Assembly: GCA_017303475.1 (NCBI GenBank)
Contig: JAFLBO010000014.1
Span: 76,782 to 140,781, forward strand
Source of the DNA: Chitinophagales bacterium
GTDB lineage: Bacteria > Bacteroidota > Bacteroidia > Chitinophagales > Saprospiraceae
Reading direction: 5' to 3'
DNA: 64,000 nucleotides
The notes beneath the pieces were generated by a model. It was not told the DNA's origin and ran no database searches. It saw only the letters and a list, made by a program, of their open reading frames with translations. Shown here one piece after another: positions 36,663 to 46,696 of the stretch (positions are counted from its first letter, which is position 1; every line of letters begins with the position of its first letter). The position numbers were made by a program, and so were the translations under genes.

Positions 36663-38353
36663 GATGCGGTTTTTAAAATGACGAATTGCATAGGGTTCAG
36701 CGTCAGTTTCACATACCGGATATTACGTTCCGGTTCATCGTGACCTAGAATCGGCACGGTTTCCAACCCGCCGCCGTACAGGCATTCCATAGCCGTTTTC
36801 TTTTCATTCAATTCGAAGTCAATCAGGACGCATTCTTCTTTCGTCCTGGTCATGGACGAATTGAAAACCACCAAAATCTCATCCTTGAAAAGTATCCGGG
36901 AAAAAGCCAGGGTACATTCGTTGCATTCCGGCAGGTGGAAATGCTGCCCGCCGCCCGAGATCTCGCGGATGAACATCCGTCCGAATTTCAGCACCGGGTT
37001 TGATTTCCTGATTTGGGCGATAGCGGCGATGGATTGATAAATCTGGGAGTTCGGATTAAGCAGGTTGGTCTTTTTGTCTCGCGGGTCGAACAGACATTCC
37101 CGTACCGCCCAGTCGCCGTTCCCGCTGCCGTTCAATCCTTGCTCGGTGCCGTAGTATATGCACGGTGTGCCGATGGCACAAAGCAGGAAGCCCATGGCGG
37201 CCACGATTTGCTCCGGTGCCGCATCGCTGCCAAAACGGTGCTTGGGATCTTGGCCAACCTGGTCGTGGTTGTCCACAAAAGTTACGAGAAACTCGCCGTA
37301 TTCACCCCTATCCAAGGCATTGCGTTGCAGGGCGGTATAGCGCTCGATGAGCCTTTCCGGCGAAGCCGTGCCTTTTATCACGTCAGGGAGCGCACCGTGT
37401 AGCGGGAAATCCAGCACGGAGTTCAGCCCATAATACACGTTCTTGTCATTGACCGATATCGAAGTTTTCGGGCCGATGTAGTTGGTGCTGACTTCATCCG
37501 GGCCAATCAATTCACCGAACAGGAAGAAGTTTCTCTTACCCAATGTATAAGCGTATTCCCGCACGGCAGAACAAAAACGACTTATGTCAATTTCGCTCAT
37601 GTGCTTCGCGGCGTCCAAACGAAACCCGTCCACATCCGCTTCCCGAATCCAGTAGCAATGCAAATCAACCAGCAATTTGTGTACATATTCCGCTTCCGGC
37701 GAACCGTCGCTTCGATATGCTTTCAGGTTATTGAAATCGCCGTCCCGCGTTTCAGGGTAGGCGTCGTAATCGCGGATTTGCCCCTGACGATTGTATAGTT
37801 CCGGATCGCGCAACTCGACCGGTAAGGGACGGTTTTTGGACCTCCAACCGCCAAATGGGAACCGCTCGCCCTGAAAGTAAAAATAGTCGTGCCCATCAGC
37901 ATAAAACCAGTTGTCGCCCGAATGATCCAGTACAATGTCGAGGAAAACCCGCATATCGCGTTCATGCGCTGCTTCCACCAAGGTCTCAAGATCTTTTTTT
38001 GTACCCCAACGTTTGTCCACTTCTAAATAATTCTGGATAGCGTAGCCATGGTAAGCATCAGGGTTATTCTCAAAAACCGGGCTTAACCAAAGCGCCGTAC
38101 AACCCAGGTTTTGGATGTAATCAAGGTGCTGCGTAATGCCTCTCAGCGTACCGCCGCAACTTTTGACCAATTGTTCCTTGGTCCCGAACCCCGAATGTCG
38201 GTCGGTATATGCCGAAGGGTTTCGTTGGGCGTTGTCGTGAAACCGGTCCACCAGTAGGAAATAGATAAACTCCTCGCGCCATTCGCGATGGCAGTTTTTC
38301 CAATATTGTTTGCCAGGTTTGGGCGACAGGTTGATGTCTTGTATGGATTTCAT
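36659..38353 (-). CDS. Alpha-amylase family glycoside hydrolase (GH13)
   Basis: FLLVDRFHD, LWLSPVFEN, FLDIVLDHSG, DGFRLDAAKHM, FGELIG and FVDNHDQ. Confidence 0.85.
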   Translation of the reverse strand: MKSIQDINLSPKPGKQYWKNCHREWREEFIYFLLVDRFHDNAQRNPSAYTDRHSGFGTKEQLVKSCGGTLRGITQHLDYIQNLGCTALWLSPVFENNPDAYHGYAIQNYLEVDKRWGTKKDLETLVEAAHERDMRVFLDIVLDHSGDNWFYADGHDYFYFQGERFPFGGWRSKNRPLPVELRDPELYNRQGQIRDYDAYPETRDGDFNNLKAYRSDGSPEAEYVHKLLVDLHCYWIREADVDGFRLDAAKHMSEIDISRFCSAVREYAYTLGKRNFFLFGELIGPDEVSTNYIGPKTSISVNDKNVYYGLNSVLDFPLHGALPDVIKGTASPERLIERYTALQRNALDRGEYGEFLVTFVDNHDQVGQDPKHRFGSDAAPEQIVAAMGFLLCAIGTPCIYYGTEQGLNGSGNGDWAVRECLFDPRDKKTNLLNPNSQIYQSIAAIAQIRKSNPVLKFGRMFIREISGGGQHFHLPECNECTLAFSRILFKDEILVVFNSSMTRTKEECVLIDFELNEKKTAMECLYGGGLETVPILGHDEPERNIRYVKLTLNPMQFVILKTAS

Positions 38354-38360
38354 AGCTCCA

Positions 38361-38933
38361 TTACATTTTAGTGTTCAAGTATAACCTGTTGATGCGCATC
38401 ATTTTATGCACCATATCATATTTATTCAATTCGCTGTCGGCTTTGAATTCAGCTATGATGGCATCATGAAAGGCGTGATTGTCCGGAAAAGCGCCTGTCA
38501 AATTTGAAATGGTAAGGGACTGGATTGGGCTATTCGCATCTCTACTGAAATACCATCTTGTTTGAGCAGGCTGGTTTTTACCCATTGAAGGGATATAGAC
38601 TTTGTAAATCAATATGGATTCTTCCGGATTAACCATCAGGTACACCTTTCGCTGATAAAGCCGTTCAACGACCCCAGAGCAATATCGAACGGCGTACACG
38701 CTGTCTTTGTCAAGTTTATAAGTTTTTCCTTCGTGTTTGACCATCACCAGTTTTCGCTTGAATAGAGGGTCCGTGTTGATTTTTTGCGATTGGGAGTCGC
38801 ACTGGATGCCATATTCCAATTTGTTGTTTAAGAAATCTTTTGCGGTCCGAAAAATGCCACTGCTATTGGTTTGGGCGCAGACGGTTGCTGTAAAAAAAAC
38901 AGCAGTGAACGATACCAGAATTATATGTTTCAT
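38361..38933 (-). CDS. Secreted hypothetical protein
   Basis: 190-aa ORF with a signal peptide (FFTATVCAQ). No family recognised. Confidence 0.5.
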   Translation of the reverse strand: MKHIILVSFTAVFFTATVCAQTNSSGIFRTAKDFLNNKLEYGIQCDSQSQKINTDPLFKRKLVMVKHEGKTYKLDKDSVYAVRYCSGVVERLYQRKVYLMVNPEESILIYKVYIPSMGKNQPAQTRWYFSRDANSPIQSLTISNLTGAFPDNHAFHDAIIAEFKADSELNKYDMVHKMMRINRLYLNTKM

Positions 38934-38989
38934 AACATGCCAGTTTTGAAGATGGATTTAATACCAGAATTTACTGGATCATTGGAGGC

Positions 38990-39487
38990 TTAACCTGACT
39001 GCTCATTTTGCGGTTCCATGGCTTTTTTTGTGTCATTCAACATATTATTCAGACACCAATTACAGTACAACGGTCCAAAAAGGAAGGAAAGCAATCTAAA
39101 AAACCAAGCCTTCGGTGGTTCATAGGTGATAGACATCGAAACTATGGTTCCGTTTTCAGCAGGAGTAATTTTAAACCCCATACGGTACCAGCGCATGATG
39201 ATGATTTGAGCCTCTCCAATTGTCACCCATTCTTTCAGTTTGGGGGGCTCCCACTTGGTCACCTTCTCCTCAAAATCAATGGTCATGCCCATCATCTTTC
39301 CATACCACCGATACTTTGCACCAAGGCCGGATGAATTGGGGGATAGTTGTTCCAGCTTCAATTTGCTTCCCATCATCATCATGGAACTTTCACTCATGTG
39401 CATTCCCGTTTTTGAAAAGTCGTCCATCTGGGCAAAGACTATTTCAGGCGCGGCCTGAATAATTGCGGTTTTATGCCTGGATTTCAT
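38990..39487 (-). CDS. SRPBCC (START/polyketide-cyclase-like) family protein
   Basis: The ~160-aa length and pattern (IIQAAPEIVFAQMDDFSKTG...KWEPPKLKEWVTIG...) fit SRPBCC. Confidence 0.6.
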   Translation of the reverse strand: MKSRHKTAIIQAAPEIVFAQMDDFSKTGMHMSESSMMMMGSKLKLEQLSPNSSGLGAKYRWYGKMMGMTIDFEEKVTKWEPPKLKEWVTIGEAQIIIMRWYRMGFKITPAENGTIVSMSITYEPPKAWFFRLLSFLFGPLYCNWCLNNMLNDTKKAMEPQNEQSG

Positions 39488-39752
39488 AAAAAAAATATTT
39501 CAGTTGAAAATATGTAACCTCCAATATCGGCAGATACCCGTCCGATAGTTGCGATTAGACCCATAGCACATTTTAGGCTAGGAGCATGGCTACACGAGTA
39601 TCCCTATGACTGTACTACCAGGTCATAAATGCATCTCAGCAAGGTTGGAAACAATACCAACTGTTACCAAAAGCAGATGTATTGACTTAACCTGATTCAA
39701 AAAAGGGAAATTGCCGAGGCCAGTTCGCTCATGGCAATAGGAGAGAAATTAT

Positions 39753-40145
39753 CTAATTCCGTAGAACGAGATAGAGGAGAAAAAGGGGCACTTTTGTGCA
39801 ACTTCGCCAATAAGGAAGGTATGGTTTGGGCGAAGATTCAGCATTTAAAGGAGTAAATATGTAAAAGCCAGTTGGTGGCAAAACTGCTGCCACAAACTGC
39901 GAAAAAATGGGTTGTGCCAGTGTAGCAAGTGACGGCTTGTAGCCATCATCCGTTTTTGAGACAAGCACCTTATGCGTACAGCACCCGGATTTTTCCGACT
40001 TTTCTCCACATGGACAAGGGTTTTTTCGGGGACTATACAAATCCACCGAAGTCAGTTTTCCGCAACAGTAATGGTAGTGAACAGTCACTCCCGACACTGC
40101 TAACAAATAATAAGCAGAAAACAATATGATGGATATGCGTTTCAT
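39753..40145 (-). CDS. Small Cys-rich membrane/secreted protein, HYC_CC_PP-like
   Basis: VHYHYCCGKL, PCPCGEKSEKSGCCTH and AAVLPPTGF. N-terminal hydrophobic segment. Confidence 0.6.
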   Translation of the reverse strand: MKRISIILFSAYYLLAVSGVTVHYHYCCGKLTSVDLYSPRKNPCPCGEKSEKSGCCTHKVLVSKTDDGYKPSLATLAQPIFSQFVAAVLPPTGFYIFTPLNAESSPKPYLPYWRSCTKVPLFLLYLVLRN

Positions 40146-40351
40146 TATTAGTACAAAAGTAATCCGGCTCTTTTAACCGAAGATTGATTGAAGTCAGCTT
40201 ATGAGATGAGATTTGTCAACCTTTGAGCTTAAGTTGGAGCCAGTCTTTAACTGCTTTTACCTTCAATACATTTTACAGGAAATGAAGGCTGCAAATAGGT
40301 CAAGTCAATTGATTTACTGGCAAATTTCTCAAACTCACTTCTGCAAATAGT

Positions 40352-40381
40352 CGGCTCACAATTAAGGTAAATTGTGAGCCG
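40352..40381 (-). terminator. Perfect 12-bp stem / 6-nt loop hairpin, 21 nt downstream of the multicopper oxidase stop
   Basis: cggctcacaatt aaggta aattgtgagccg. The sequence following on the minus strand is ACTATTTGCAG, a weak U-tract. Confidence 0.5.
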
Positions 40382-40402
40382 GTCTTAATTTTGGAATAAG
40401 GA

Positions 40403-42094
40403 TCAGTTTTTTACAAAAATACCGCTGTAGGTTTTACTCCTTGACAAAACTCGAACAGCGTATGATCCAATAGACATAAATCCCGTTTCTATACTGCCCT
40501 TCCCATTTAAAACTTCTATTGATTGCTCCAAAACTACCTGCCCCAACGCGTCTATAACTTGGCAAATAACACCTTCAGAGGTGGAATTGTCCATCTCAAA
40601 AAATAATGTTTTACTCGAAGGGTTCGGATAAAACACCAACTTGTTGTTGACCAAATCTTCAGTATTACTCGAAGGTGCTGTAACGAGAAATTGCCCCATC
40701 ATTCCGTTGTCTTCATGGCTTAATATGTGACAGTGATACATGTATGGCATATCTGGATCACTGAAATCATCGTACTGTACCACAATTTTGATGTTGCCAT
40801 TCATGGGCGGCACCGTTATCACATCTTTTCGCCCCTTCATATTGGCTGAGGGGGCGCTCCCATTGACAGAAACTACCCAAAATGAATTGCCATGCAGGTG
40901 AAACGGGTGCGCCATCATGGTCTGGTTGGTTAAAGTCCAGACTTCTGTTTTTCCTTGTTCGACCGTGAAATTGATGTTTCCCATGTCGAATTTCAAGCCG
41001 TTTAGGAAAAAATTGGTCATGCTCATCATCGGCTGGGCAGTCATCGTGAGGCTCCGGGGTGTTGCTCCGGTTTGTGAAAGCGGAGCGTTTGAAACAAGGG
41101 TTGCCGGAATGTTTGTCACAGGATTGGAAGTTGGGGCCGTCACCGAAATGGTCATCAGATCAAAATCGGTATCGTCCAACGGACCCATCATATTGTTCCC
41201 ACCACCCATATTCATCATCATGCCGCCAGGGTAACCTTGTGGCAGTAGGCTTCCAAATTGCCGAAGGGTGAGTGTTTGTCCTTCTTTTCCAGTCAAATCC
41301 ACCAAAATTTCAGCGCGTTCACCGGGAGAGAGGATAAGTTTCGACATGGAGACAGGTACATCCAGAAGCCCCCCGTCACCGCCAATTTGGTTGAATATCA
41401 GGTTGTTGGCAAACCCAAAGTCAAAATACCGGTGGCTCGAACCATTCAACAACCGCAATCGCACCACTTGGGCGGGCAAGTTTAGCGTTGCTCCCCTAAG
41501 CACGCCATTTACTAACACCTCGTTGTCTAATTCATCCATTTCCACGATTTGCTTATCTGTGCCAAAGGTTTTCCATTGAAAAACGAGCGGCACATCATCT
41601 ACTCCATACGTTCGGGGCAAGTTGATGGCTGCTTCCTCCTCATCGCGGACGATGATAAAACCGGCTGCGCCTTTTACGACTTGGTTTAGTGTTTTGCCAT
41701 GAGGGTGCGGGTGATACCAGTATGTGGAGGCATGGTCAAGCACTTTAAAGGAAGGAGACCAATTTTCACCCGCCAAAATGGGATTGTGGGGGCTGCCATC
41801 ATTTGATGGAGCGATATGAAGTCCATGCCAATGTACAGTGGTGGTATCGCCCAATTGGTTGTGTACATTAAGCGTTACGGTTTCCCCTTTTTTCAAAATC
41901 AGCGTCGGGCCCAACTGTGTGCCATTATAGCCAATGGTGTTGGTTTGGATGCCGGGGAAAATCTCGCTCGTACCGTGTTGCACCATCAAATCAAAAGTGG
42001 TTCCTTCGAGTGAGAGCGGAATTGGAACGGTAGTTTGGCTCTGGGTGTTTCCCGCTGCTAAGAGTATGACAACGAGGGCTATGTTGAATTTCAT
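40403..42094 (-). CDS. Multicopper oxidase with T9SS C-terminal sorting domain
   Basis: HWHGLHIAP, WYHPHPHG, HPFHLHGNSF and HCHILSHEDNGMM. C-terminus LVFYPNPSSKTLFFEM...GSYAVRVLS. Confidence 0.9.
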   Translation of the reverse strand: MKFNIALVVILLAAGNTQSQTTVPIPLSLEGTTFDLMVQHGTSEIFPGIQTNTIGYNGTQLGPTLILKKGETVTLNVHNQLGDTTTVHWHGLHIAPSNDGSPHNPILAGENWSPSFKVLDHASTYWYHPHPHGKTLNQVVKGAAGFIIVRDEEEAAINLPRTYGVDDVPLVFQWKTFGTDKQIVEMDELDNEVLVNGVLRGATLNLPAQVVRLRLLNGSSHRYFDFGFANNLIFNQIGGDGGLLDVPVSMSKLILSPGERAEILVDLTGKEGQTLTLRQFGSLLPQGYPGGMMMNMGGGNNMMGPLDDTDFDLMTISVTAPTSNPVTNIPATLVSNAPLSQTGATPRSLTMTAQPMMSMTNFFLNGLKFDMGNINFTVEQGKTEVWTLTNQTMMAHPFHLHGNSFWVVSVNGSAPSANMKGRKDVITVPPMNGNIKIVVQYDDFSDPDMPYMYHCHILSHEDNGMMGQFLVTAPSSNTEDLVNNKLVFYPNPSSKTLFFEMDNSTSEGVICQVIDALGQVVLEQSIEVLNGKGSIETGFMSIGSYAVRVLSRSKTYSGIFVKN

Positions 42095-42215
42095 GGTGTT
42101 GAAAATTGAATTGGGAGCCTTGCGACTATGGATTCAATGCTTCGAATCGTCTTAAATCAGCAAGAGCACTATTTGTATATTCAGGAAAAACGCGCTGAAG
42201 GTTGCCTGTACAGGT

Positions 42216-43064
42216 TTATAGTTTCACAAAAGAGGCTTGGCCAAGCACCATACCCTCCTCGTCGGTTATGTTCAATCGATAAATACCTGCTTTCAAATCT
42301 GCTACCGGAACCTGATTTTGAGTCAATGCAGTACAGGACAGTAAGCGACCATCCGCTGCCCAGATTACCGCCTGACTAGCTAAACCAATGCCATCCACCG
42401 CATCAACTGAAATGTGTAGTAGATCGGAAACGGGATTCGGCCACACCCGCAGCCGATTCGCCGAAGCAGGGTCTTCTACGCCCAAGCCGATGGAGTCCGG
42501 CAAAAGATGCACCATCAAAGTGTATGTATCGTCGCCGCTCAGCGCATGGTTATGGTTGGAGGCAAGTCCAGCGAGGTACAGTGTGATGTTGCCCACATTG
42601 GTCGCTGGTGCTTTCCAATGGAAGGTCCAGGAAAGGCTGTCCGGCGGTGTAGCGTCTGCACCGCAAGGCGTGTGCGACACATATTTGCGCGGACCGTCAT
42701 TGTACGTGCGGGTGCGAACCGCGTCGTCAATCGTAAAGGTGCCGATGGTCGTATTGCCCGCGTCTTTCAATGCCAGCCCCACGAATCCGAATTTGTCAAG
42801 GCCCAGTTGTTTCATCGTAACTGTGGCATCGAACACTTCGCCAGGTGAATATAGCAACGTGGTGTCGCTGAGCGTCAGCACTAAGCTGCCAGGTCCGGTG
42901 TTAGCTGTGCCACCGTGACAGCCGGTGCAACTGGATTCGCCCGGCGCTCCGGTGTGCCCACCCACTACGGGCGAGTCGCAAGGACCATTCGGTGGGGGGG
43001 AGAAGTTCGCCAGCGCGAGCAGGGCGGCGGCGAGGATTGGAATGAGTAATAGTTTGATTGTCAT
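42216..43064 (-). CDS. T9SS cargo with [17 protein letters not shown] motif (Reeler/DOMON-like; possibly the NCBI choice-of-anchor V family)
   Basis: Signal peptide, a CTGCH (CxxCH) motif and T9SS C-terminus [16 protein letters not shown]...GIYRLNITD. The family name is from memory and uncertain. Confidence 0.55.
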   Translation of the reverse strand: MTIKLLLIPILAAALLALANFSPPPNGPCDSPVVGGHTGAPGESSCTGCHGGTANTGPGSLVLTLSDTTLLYSPGEVFDATVTMKQLGLDKFGFVGLALKDAGNTTIGTFTIDDAVRTRTYNDGPRKYVSHTPCGADATPPDSLSWTFHWKAPATNVGNITLYLAGLASNHNHALSGDDTYTLMVHLLPDSIGLGVEDPASANRLRVWPNPVSDLLHISVDAVDGIGLASQAVIWAADGRLLSCTALTQNQVPVADLKAGIYRLNITDEEGMVLGQASFVKL

Positions 43065-44305
43065 GGCTTTTTTGCTATTTTATGCATGATATGGTGGCTG
43101 TCGCCGAACTTGCACAGCGCATCACAATGGGTGCGCAGGTCGGAGAACAGGATGTAGCGGATTTCCACGTTGTTGTTTTTGACTGCTGGCCGCAACAGTT
43201 GCAGCATCACGTCCTTTTCCCGTTTGTCGGGTATGACGATATAAAACACCTCGTCGCCATCGGCGATAGAGTAGGAGAGGTCGGTCAGCCGTAGGATACC
43301 GGAGTAAATGGAAGTGCTTTTTTCCACTTCAAAGGCCGCCACGACATTATTAGTGTTCTTCTGAAACCACAGTAAATCAATCAATTTTACCGTGTTCAGC
43401 GTGTCACGCTCAATAGGCACCGCCGGAAAGGGTTTGGGACAAAGAAAAGAAAAACTTTGCCCCGCGAAAGTGCGCGAACGGTCGTTGCTGGCTGGGAACA
43501 CATCGTAGCCAAGGGCGGTGCCAATCTTGATGAGGTGGTACTGCATTTCGGTGTGCAGGTTGTCCTCCACATGATCGGTGAGCACTTCGCGGCGGCGTTT
43601 TTCGATGGCTTTGGCAAATTTTTCCCGGTCCACATCGCTCAGGTATTCATCCGCGCCGGTCACCATTTTTTGTGCGCCGATCTCGAACAACAACCCAGCC
43701 AGGCAGCCGAGGTCGTTGGAGAGTTCGGCGCAGTGCTTCCGGTTGGTTTCTAACATTACCTCCCGCATGCTCAGGTACTCCGACCACGAGCCGAGTTTGC
43801 GTTTTTCGTGAAAAAGTGTGTTGAACCCATTTAGGATGGCCGTGTTGAAGGGCGGTATTAAGGTGGGATGCAGGAAGTATAAAATAGAGGCAACCGACGG
43901 CCCCAGCCCTTTGATTTTTCGGGCATCGAGCCGGATAATTTCGTCGAGAAGCGCCTTCTCCGACTTGGCGTGGAGGCAATTTTCCAAAAATTGACCGAAC
44001 GCCCGCTTGTTCTCTGCATTTTCATAAATGTCCGGAATGCGCAATTTGGGTTTCCAGTAAAATGGATGCGATGCGCCCTCGAAGACCTGCTTTTGCTCAG
44101 TAATGCAGGTCAATACAAACTCCAGTGAAGAGCCTTTGAAGTCGTTGGGAAACCGGCCTTCCCGAATATCAGCCACCACCTGCAATACGCCCCGACGGAT
44201 GCTGCGAAAGGCTTTCAGCCGCTCGTCGTTGTTAACGAACCAGGTGTTAAATACCGATACCGGGTCGGCCTTGTATTGCTGGATGAGGGTTTGGAGATGG
44301 TGCAT
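43061..44305 (-). CDS. Hypothetical: N-terminal HhH-like domain + C-terminal PD-(D/E)xK-like nuclease core
   Basis: [23 protein letters not shown] is HhH-like. [25 protein letters not shown] ... [37 protein letters not shown] has a restriction-endonuclease-like D...EVEK pattern. Confidence 0.4.
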   Translation of the reverse strand: MHHLQTLIQQYKADPVSVFNTWFVNNDERLKAFRSIRRGVLQVVADIREGRFPNDFKGSSLEFVLTCITEQKQVFEGASHPFYWKPKLRIPDIYENAENKRAFGQFLENCLHAKSEKALLDEIIRLDARKIKGLGPSVASILYFLHPTLIPPFNTAILNGFNTLFHEKRKLGSWSEYLSMREVMLETNRKHCAELSNDLGCLAGLLFEIGAQKMVTGADEYLSDVDREKFAKAIEKRRREVLTDHVEDNLHTEMQYHLIKIGTALGYDVFPASNDRSRTFAGQSFSFLCPKPFPAVPIERDTLNTVKLIDLLWFQKNTNNVVAAFEVEKSTSIYSGILRLTDLSYSIADGDEVFYIVIPDKREKDVMLQLLRPAVKNNNVEIRYILFSDLRTHCDALCKFGDSHHIMHKIAKKP

Positions 44306-44316
44306 GATTCAAAAAT

Positions 44317-44589
44317 TTAAACTAAGTACGCCGACCATCGGGCATACCACTGGTGCTCGTCATAAATCAATTGGGCCGCCGCGCTCACCATTTCCCTTTC
44401 GATTTGCGGATGTCGCCAAGCCGCAGCGAAATAAGCAGACGCATAGCCCAATACTGCAAAAATCAATATCGTATAGTGAAACCCTTTGTTTTTTACCCCA
44501 AACCCGATCAATTGCTGCACGGCGGCAAGCACCAACAGCACAATCGGAAAGTGAACAATCATGGGGTGATAGTTTGGAAAATCTTCCAT
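44317..44589 (-). CDS. Small membrane protein, DUF2231-like (short)
   Basis: YHPMIVHFPIVLLVLAAV plus a second TM segment. 90 aa. Confidence 0.45.
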   Translation of the reverse strand: MEDFPNYHPMIVHFPIVLLVLAAVQQLIGFGVKNKGFHYTILIFAVLGYASAYFAAAWRHPQIEREMVSAAAQLIYDEHQWYARWSAYLV

Positions 44590-44594
44590 ATCCG

Positions 44595-46655
44595 TTATTT
44601 TTCTTTCATCAACCGAAAGGACGCTATGCGACCTGCGGATTCTATTTTTACGAAAAGCAAGCCATTGGGCAGCCCTGCCAAGTCGAGCGTACTAGCAGCG
44701 TCAGCGCCGTAGTCGCGCAACAGTCGGCCCAAGTTGTCAAAAACGCGAATGTGCATCGGCACGTCCCAGACTCCGTCTGCCAGCACCAGTACGCGGTCAA
44801 AGGCCGGATTCGGAAACAACCGCAGCGGCAATCTGTATTGACCCGGTTCATCGGTAGCCGTCACCAAGCCGCCGTTGATTTGAATATCGTCGAGATACAG
44901 CCGGTTGCCGCCGTCCGTCACGTTCACGAAACGGATTTTTACATACTGCTCGGTTTTGTACTGGAAAAGGTTGACCGTCGCTTTTTTCCATTGCGCGGCG
45001 GTAGGTATAAACGGTGTGGTCTGGGTTGGGCCGGTCACGAGCGAGGAACCCGATCTGGTCATGATATTGGTGTAGTTTACCCCGCAGTCTTTGGATATCT
45101 GCACAATAAGTTCGTCCGAATAATTCGGGTCGGAGCGCGCGTAAGCCCACCAAAAAGTCAGCAACAGCGAAGAATCTGGGTTGGATGTGCTCAGATCGAG
45201 AAAAGGCAGCACGATTTCGTCGCGGGTGCCGTAGTTGATGTTCACTAAATTGTCAATGCGGGCAGAGTAGGGAGCCGAATGGGCTGCCGCAGAGTCCAAC
45301 TCCCAGGTGATGCCGAGGTCTGGGTTGTGTATTTCTACACCGGTCGGCGGGAAAATCCCATCGTCAAAGTTGGCTGAAAAAGGCAACGACTGGCCGATTC
45401 CAGGCTCTGTGACGCTGATGTAATTTTCTAAAAACAGTGTATCGCTGCCGTTGGCATTGGCGGCAACGAGCGTGACTGAAAATGTGCCCAGGCTGTCGTA
45501 AGTCACGGTCGGGTTTTGCAAAACGGAGGTTGCGGGCGTACCGCCGGGGAAAAACCACTGCCATGAAGTCGCCGAGTTCAGCGAGCGGTCAATAAAATAA
45601 ACCTTTCCACCGAGGCAAACCTGTGGCGTGAGTGTGACAAATTCTGCCGCAATCGGGCATACCGACGGCGTCACGTAGGCACTGTCGCAGCCGGTAGCTA
45701 CCAGATTGCCGGGCGACCAAATGAGCGTCCGAACCGTGTCGAGCGTGGCCGTGATGCGGTCTTTTTGCCCTTGGGTGAATATGTTTTTGCATCCGTCGGG
45801 CGTGTAGTCCATGTAGTTGCGCACCTGGTCGGGCAGGTTTGGACTGTCGTTGCCGCAGGAATTGGCGTTCAGGCTACAGGAGTAGTTGGGGTTGGATACC
45901 GGAGGCGTATCGCACACATAGTCGCCGTCAGCGCAGGTATCCTGACCGCAGCCGCCGTTGAACGTGTGGTATAACCCGAACCAGTGCCCTACCTCGTGCG
46001 TCGTCGTCCGTCCGCCGGATGCCGCAGCCGTTCCGTTATCTCCAAACAGGTCGTGCCGCACCACAAGGCCATCTTCATCAGGTGGGGAATACGGAAAAGA
46101 AGAATAACCGCCCACGTTGCCGCTGATGCTTTTTACCACGTACATATTCAGGTAGCGGGTGTTGTCCCAAAACGACAGATTCTTCAGCGTCGCCCTGTCC
46201 ACCGGCTGGTGCATCGTCAACGTCGTTTGAAGCCGCACGATGCCGTCCGTACAGCGCCCTTGCGGGTCGGTTTTCGCTAAGCAAAACCGCACCTGCGTGT
46301 CCACGCCCGCGCCGTCGCCTGGGGAGCCGGGCAGTTTACCGTAGTCCTCATTGAGAATTTCGATTTGTCGCTCGATCTGCGCCTTGCTGATGTTTTCGGA
46401 GCCGCTGTTGTGGATGACGTGTACCACCACAGGGATAATCCTGATGTCGTTGCTGTTTTCGGGCGCCTCGGCAACCTTCATTTGGCTGAGTGCCGCGCCG
46501 ATCCGCGCCTCGGCTGCCTGCAATCTGCCCGGCGGATACAAGGCATCGAAAAGGCAAGGCAGCTCGTCGGTCGGTGTTTGAGCTGGCAAACCGCCTCGCA
46601 CGAACACCAAGATTGCCAACAAGCAGTATTTCTTGAAAAAAGAGGTATGTAACAT
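44595..46655 (-). CDS. M43 (pappalysin/cytophagalysin-like) zinc metalloprotease + PKD + T9SS sorting domain
   Basis: The track ORF starts at TTG 46700; the probable start is ATG 46655 (MLHTSFFKKYCLLAILVF). Zinc-binding HEVGHWFGLYHTF; Cys-rich GCGQDTCADGDYVCDTPP. C-terminus LRLFPNPAFDRV...GLLFVKIES. Confidence 0.85.
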   Translation of the reverse strand: MLHTSFFKKYCLLAILVFVRGGLPAQTPTDELPCLFDALYPPGRLQAAEARIGAALSQMKVAEAPENSNDIRIIPVVVHVIHNSGSENISKAQIERQIEILNEDYGKLPGSPGDGAGVDTQVRFCLAKTDPQGRCTDGIVRLQTTLTMHQPVDRATLKNLSFWDNTRYLNMYVVKSISGNVGGYSSFPYSPPDEDGLVVRHDLFGDNGTAAASGGRTTTHEVGHWFGLYHTFNGGCGQDTCADGDYVCDTPPVSNPNYSCSLNANSCGNDSPNLPDQVRNYMDYTPDGCKNIFTQGQKDRITATLDTVRTLIWSPGNLVATGCDSAYVTPSVCPIAAEFVTLTPQVCLGGKVYFIDRSLNSATSWQWFFPGGTPATSVLQNPTVTYDSLGTFSVTLVAANANGSDTLFLENYISVTEPGIGQSLPFSANFDDGIFPPTGVEIHNPDLGITWELDSAAAHSAPYSARIDNLVNINYGTRDEIVLPFLDLSTSNPDSSLLLTFWWAYARSDPNYSDELIVQISKDCGVNYTNIMTRSGSSLVTGPTQTTPFIPTAAQWKKATVNLFQYKTEQYVKIRFVNVTDGGNRLYLDDIQINGGLVTATDEPGQYRLPLRLFPNPAFDRVLVLADGVWDVPMHIRVFDNLGRLLRDYGADAASTLDLAGLPNGLLFVKIESAGRIASFRLMKEK

Positions 46656-46696
46656 GGATTGTTCAGTATCGAATTTTAAAGAATATCTGGTGGCTG

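Noticed and set aside
44103-45248. 381-aa plus-strand ORF, the longest plus-strand ORF in the window.
   Set aside because: It runs antisense across three minus-strand genes that have recognisable domains (nuclease-like, DUF2231-like, M43 protease). Its product is Arg/Ser/Pro-biased with no motifs. It is a typical shadow ORF in a GC-richer stretch.
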